Positions 36,585-39,284 of a DNA stretch of 39,284 nt are shown here, in pieces. A program made the translations under genes and the position numbers. The first letter of the stretch is position 1; the number at the start of each line of letters is the position of its first letter. Location: contig JBLRWT010000001.1 in assembly GCA_047921095.1 (NCBI GenBank), positions 1 to 39,284 on the forward strand, given 5' to 3'. The notes below the pieces were generated by a model that was given only the letters and a program-made list of their open reading frames with translations, did not search any database and was not told the DNA's origin. The stretch is from Wenzhouxiangella sp. (GTDB taxonomy: Bacteria; Pseudomonadota; Gammaproteobacteria; Xanthomonadales; Wenzhouxiangellaceae).

Positions 36585-37214
36585 ATGAACAGCACCCGAA
36601 TGTCTTCGATCCTGATCGTTCTGCTCGCGTTCCTGTTGCCCGGTTGCGAGGGGGAAGTCGAGCCGATACCGGTGCCCGGCGAAGACGGCACCATCTTCGA
36701 TGTCCAGGACGTCGGGGCGCGTGGATTGACCTTCCATGGTCAGTCGACTCTGCTGGAAAATCAGATGGTTTTCCCCGAAACGGTCGTCCAGCTTTCCGGC
36801 ACCTCACTGGCGCTGGACAGCGGCCCGAGATCCCTGGCGCAATTCCATAATCCGCCACTGGAATACCGTGGCGACGTGCCGATGATGACGATTCGCTTCA
36901 TGGGGCTGGCCGTATCGGCTGTGCCCGGCGAGATGACACTCGACCTGGTCGAATTTTCCGCTGACATGCTCGATAGCGATGCCCGGCCGGTCGATCCGGT
37001 TTCCGCCGTAGAACTGCGCGCCGCGCTGGAAGAAAACGGTATTGTTTTACCGGAGATCCGGCCCGACGATTCAAACGAGATACGGGTGCAGATCAATGTC
37101 AGCGACCAGCATTACCGGTCAATCGAGATCACCTCGGACGCCGGCTTCTTCAACAGTTTTTACGGCCAGCGTCCCGATATCGACCCGGAACCCGTGGCGC
37201 CCCTCCGGCGGTGA
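36585..37214 (+). CDS. Hypothetical lipoprotein
   Basis: GGAGG RBS, lipobox LPGC, acidic 209-aa protein of unrecognised family. Confidence 0.75.
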   Translation: MNSTRMSSILIVLLAFLLPGCEGEVEPIPVPGEDGTIFDVQDVGARGLTFHGQSTLLENQMVFPETVVQLSGTSLALDSGPRSLAQFHNPPLEYRGDVPMMTIRFMGLAVSAVPGEMTLDLVEFSADMLDSDARPVDPVSAVELRAALEENGIVLPEIRPDDSNEIRVQINVSDQHYRSIEITSDAGFFNSFYGQRPDIDPEPVAPLRR

Positions 37215-37357
37215 GGGCCGGATACCAGCCAGCGGTCCCAAGTCAGGTCATGCCGTGTGACGCGGTTGACGATGGGCTGATCTTCCATTCCCCGGGTCAA
37301 GCCGAAGAGCTGTCGAATCCACTATACTCTGGCCCGGTTCCTCACACATTTGCCTCC

Positions 37358-38563
37358 ATGCGCCTTTGTCTGATCAGTCTGCTGTCCCTGCTTGCACTGC
37401 TGCTCCTGCTGCCGGCCCATGCAGCGCCCGAGCCGGGCTTCACTGCCGACTACTCGCGCTTCGAAAACCACTTCCGCCAGATCCTCGAGCAGGAAGCCGT
37501 GCCAGGTGGCGCCTATGCCATCATTCGAGACGGGCGAATCGTACAGGCCGGCACTTTCGGCGTTCGCGCCGCCGGCGAAGAGCTACCAGTCACCGTTGAT
37601 ACGGTTTTCCGCATCGCTTCGGTGTCGAAAACCTTCGCCGCCCAGCTGACCGGTATGCTGGTCCACGAAGGTCACTTGAGCTGGGAGGATGGCATCACCG
37701 GTTTCCTGCCTGATTTTCAGCTCGGACAGCCCGAGCAGGCCCGGCAGTTGCAGATCCACCATCTACTGGGCCAGTCGACCGGGATCGTGCCCAACGCCTA
37801 TGACAACCTGCTCAATGCCAGCCAGTCGCTGGAGCAGATCGTGCCGCGTTTTCGGGAGATCGAGCCGATGTGCCAGCCCGGGCGCTGCTACACCTATCAG
37901 AATGTCCTGTTTTCACTGGTCGGCGCGGCCATCGAGCAGCGTACCGAGCGTTCCTATGACGACCTGGTCAACGAGCGTCTGTTCCAGCCCCTGGAAATGC
38001 GCGATGCCTCGACCGGCATGGCCGGCTACCTGGCGGCGGAAAACCGGGCCGTGCCCCACGTAAAGCGTCGCTTGAGCTGGCGTCCGACCCAGGTCAACGA
38101 GAATTACTATCGGGTGTCACCGGCTGCGGGCGTCAACGCCAGCGCCATCGACCTAAGTCACTGGCTGATCGCCCAGATGGGACACCACCCCGATATCGTG
38201 ACACCGGCCCTGGTCGAAGAAATCACCGAAAAACGGATTCGGACCACGCGCGACCTTCGTCGACGTGGCTGGCGAGACTTCCTGACCGACGCCCATTACG
38301 GCCTGGGGTGGCGGGTCTATACGGCTGGTGATGACGACATCTACCTGCATAGCGGCTGGGTCGAAGGCTTCGTGGCCGAAATCGGGTACTCCAGGAGTCG
38401 CCAGACCGGCCTGGTCGTCCTGCTCAACGCAGAGTCTTCTGCCCTGAACCAGATCACCACATCGTTCTGGCGCCAGACCCTGGCCGAGCCCCGACCGGTC
38501 ATGGTGCTCGAACCGCCAGAGCCCGCTGCCGATCTCGGCGGCGTGTCGGCTGCAAACGAGTAA
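37358..38563 (+). CDS. Secreted serine hydrolase, beta-lactamase class C/AmpH-like
   Basis: Signal peptide, SxxK (ASVSK), YxN (YQN), HSG triad. TATACT at 37323-37328. Confidence 0.9.
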   Translation: MRLCLISLLSLLALLLLLPAHAAPEPGFTADYSRFENHFRQILEQEAVPGGAYAIIRDGRIVQAGTFGVRAAGEELPVTVDTVFRIASVSKTFAAQLTGMLVHEGHLSWEDGITGFLPDFQLGQPEQARQLQIHHLLGQSTGIVPNAYDNLLNASQSLEQIVPRFREIEPMCQPGRCYTYQNVLFSLVGAAIEQRTERSYDDLVNERLFQPLEMRDASTGMAGYLAAENRAVPHVKRRLSWRPTQVNENYYRVSPAAGVNASAIDLSHWLIAQMGHHPDIVTPALVEEITEKRIRTTRDLRRRGWRDFLTDAHYGLGWRVYTAGDDDIYLHSGWVEGFVAEIGYSRSRQTGLVVLLNAESSALNQITTSFWRQTLAEPRPVMVLEPPEPAADLGGVSAANE

Positions 38564-38650
38564 TAGCCGCCAGCATGGATCGAGTCGTCCCGCCTCCTAC
38601 CACGAGGCCGCTGACGCCTCTATCGTGCGCATGGACGACGACACCGTGTC

Positions 38651-39001
38651 TCAGTCATCCAGGCTGCGAATGAAGGCGATCACGTCTTCCAGGCTATCGC
38701 CTTCCAGCGCGTGACCCCAGGCTCCCATCATTGGCGACATACCGACAGCCGGGCCACCATCGCGAATGATGGTGCGCAGGTGATCGTCATCGACTGACGC
38801 CTGCCATTCCGGGGAGGACATGTCTGCAGGTTGCGGCTGCATCGCGGCTGAAGCAGGGCCATCGGCCTCGCCTGACACGCCATGGCAGGAAGCACACAAT
38901 TGTCGAAATGTTGCTTCACCGGCCACGGGATCAGCAGCCTGGCTGGTAGCGGCCAGGCCGAGGGCCAGGTGTGCAGTGAAAAACAAGACGCAGATTCTCA
39001 T
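38651..39001 (-). CDS. Monoheme class I cytochrome c
   Basis: Signal peptide, CASCH, distal Met region (MSPMM), GGAGG RBS. Confidence 0.93.
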   Translation of the reverse strand: MRICVLFFTAHLALGLAATSQAADPVAGEATFRQLCASCHGVSGEADGPASAAMQPQPADMSSPEWQASVDDDHLRTIIRDGGPAVGMSPMMGAWGHALEGDSLEDVIAFIRSLDD

Positions 39002-39036
39002 GCTGATTCCTCCGGGAGTGCTCGCAGCCAGTGATC

Positions 39037-39078
39037 ATGATAGCGGGCTCTGTAACGAGCGTACTTGATGCAGGCTAA
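39037..39078 (-). promoter_or_regulatory. FNR/Anr-type class II promoter of the cytochrome c gene
   Basis: TTAGC-CTGC-ATCAA (minus strand, 39078-39065), 22-nt gap, then -10 TATCAT (39042-39037). Confidence 0.55.
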
Positions 39079-39174
39079 GCTCGCCAGGCTCAAACCGGAC
39101 TGTTACGGCTGAATGGACAGGCCTGGTGGTATGCTTTGGTCACTGTCAACGTCATCCACCACAGGAGGCACGCC

Positions 39175-39284
39175 ATGCGTCATTTGATGAAAGGGAGCTT
39201 GATCGTTTCGATCGGGTTGCTCACCTTGTGGTGCTCAGAGCCATCGGCGGCCGAAACGACGGCCTACGTCGAGACAGCGGTGGT
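39175..39284 (+). CDS. 5' end of a probable secreted protein (truncated by the window)
   Basis: AGGAGG RBS, then MRHLMKGSLIVSIGLLTLWCSEPSAAETT, a signal-peptide-like start, open to the window end. Confidence 0.65.
   Translation, partial: MRHLMKGSLIVSIGLLTLWCSEPSAAETTAYVETAV

Noticed and set aside
1-39284. Prophage, genomic island, defence system, tRNA or rRNA
   Set aside because: No integrase, transposase, phage, restriction-modification, toxin-antitoxin or structural RNA signatures were seen, and there is no obvious compositional shift beyond short AT-rich spacers.

Overview
A GC-rich (roughly 60%) gammaproteobacterial chromosomal segment made almost entirely of core genes. The pyrD-murB pairing, ALDH7 and the stand-alone REC-Hpt gene after recO-pdxJ suggest a Xanthomonadales/Wenzhouxiangella-like organism (inference). 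In order: truncated thrA, a baeRF11 (aeRF1/Pelota-like) gene, YeiH transporter, prolyl oligopeptidase, rpoH, murB-pyrD, ALDH7, the rpoE-rseABC-degP-lepA-lepB-DUF4845-rnc-era-recO-pdxJ cluster, a REC-Hpt protein, a YdbH-like protein, hlyC/corB-ypjD, ffh, an M3 peptidase-like lipoprotein, NmrA, USP, prpD, a hypothetical gene, an Lpp/OprI-like lipoprotein facing an L,D-transpeptidase, a lipoprotein, a serine hydrolase, a cytochrome c and a partial secreted protein. I saw no prophage, integrase, transposase, CRISPR array, tRNA or rRNA, and I cannot claim a clearly new multi-gene system. Best leads: (1) a ~150-nt multi-hairpin candidate RNA between thrA and the baeRF11 gene, where a thr attenuator would be expected; (2) a Dcp-like lipoprotein that keeps its zinc ligands but has lost the conserved His/Tyr catalytic cluster; (3) a Balon-like hibernation factor candidate; (4) two FNR-type class II promoters with identical geometry; (5) two intergenic spots with stacked orphan repeat elements. 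All family assignments come from motif recognition, not database searches.
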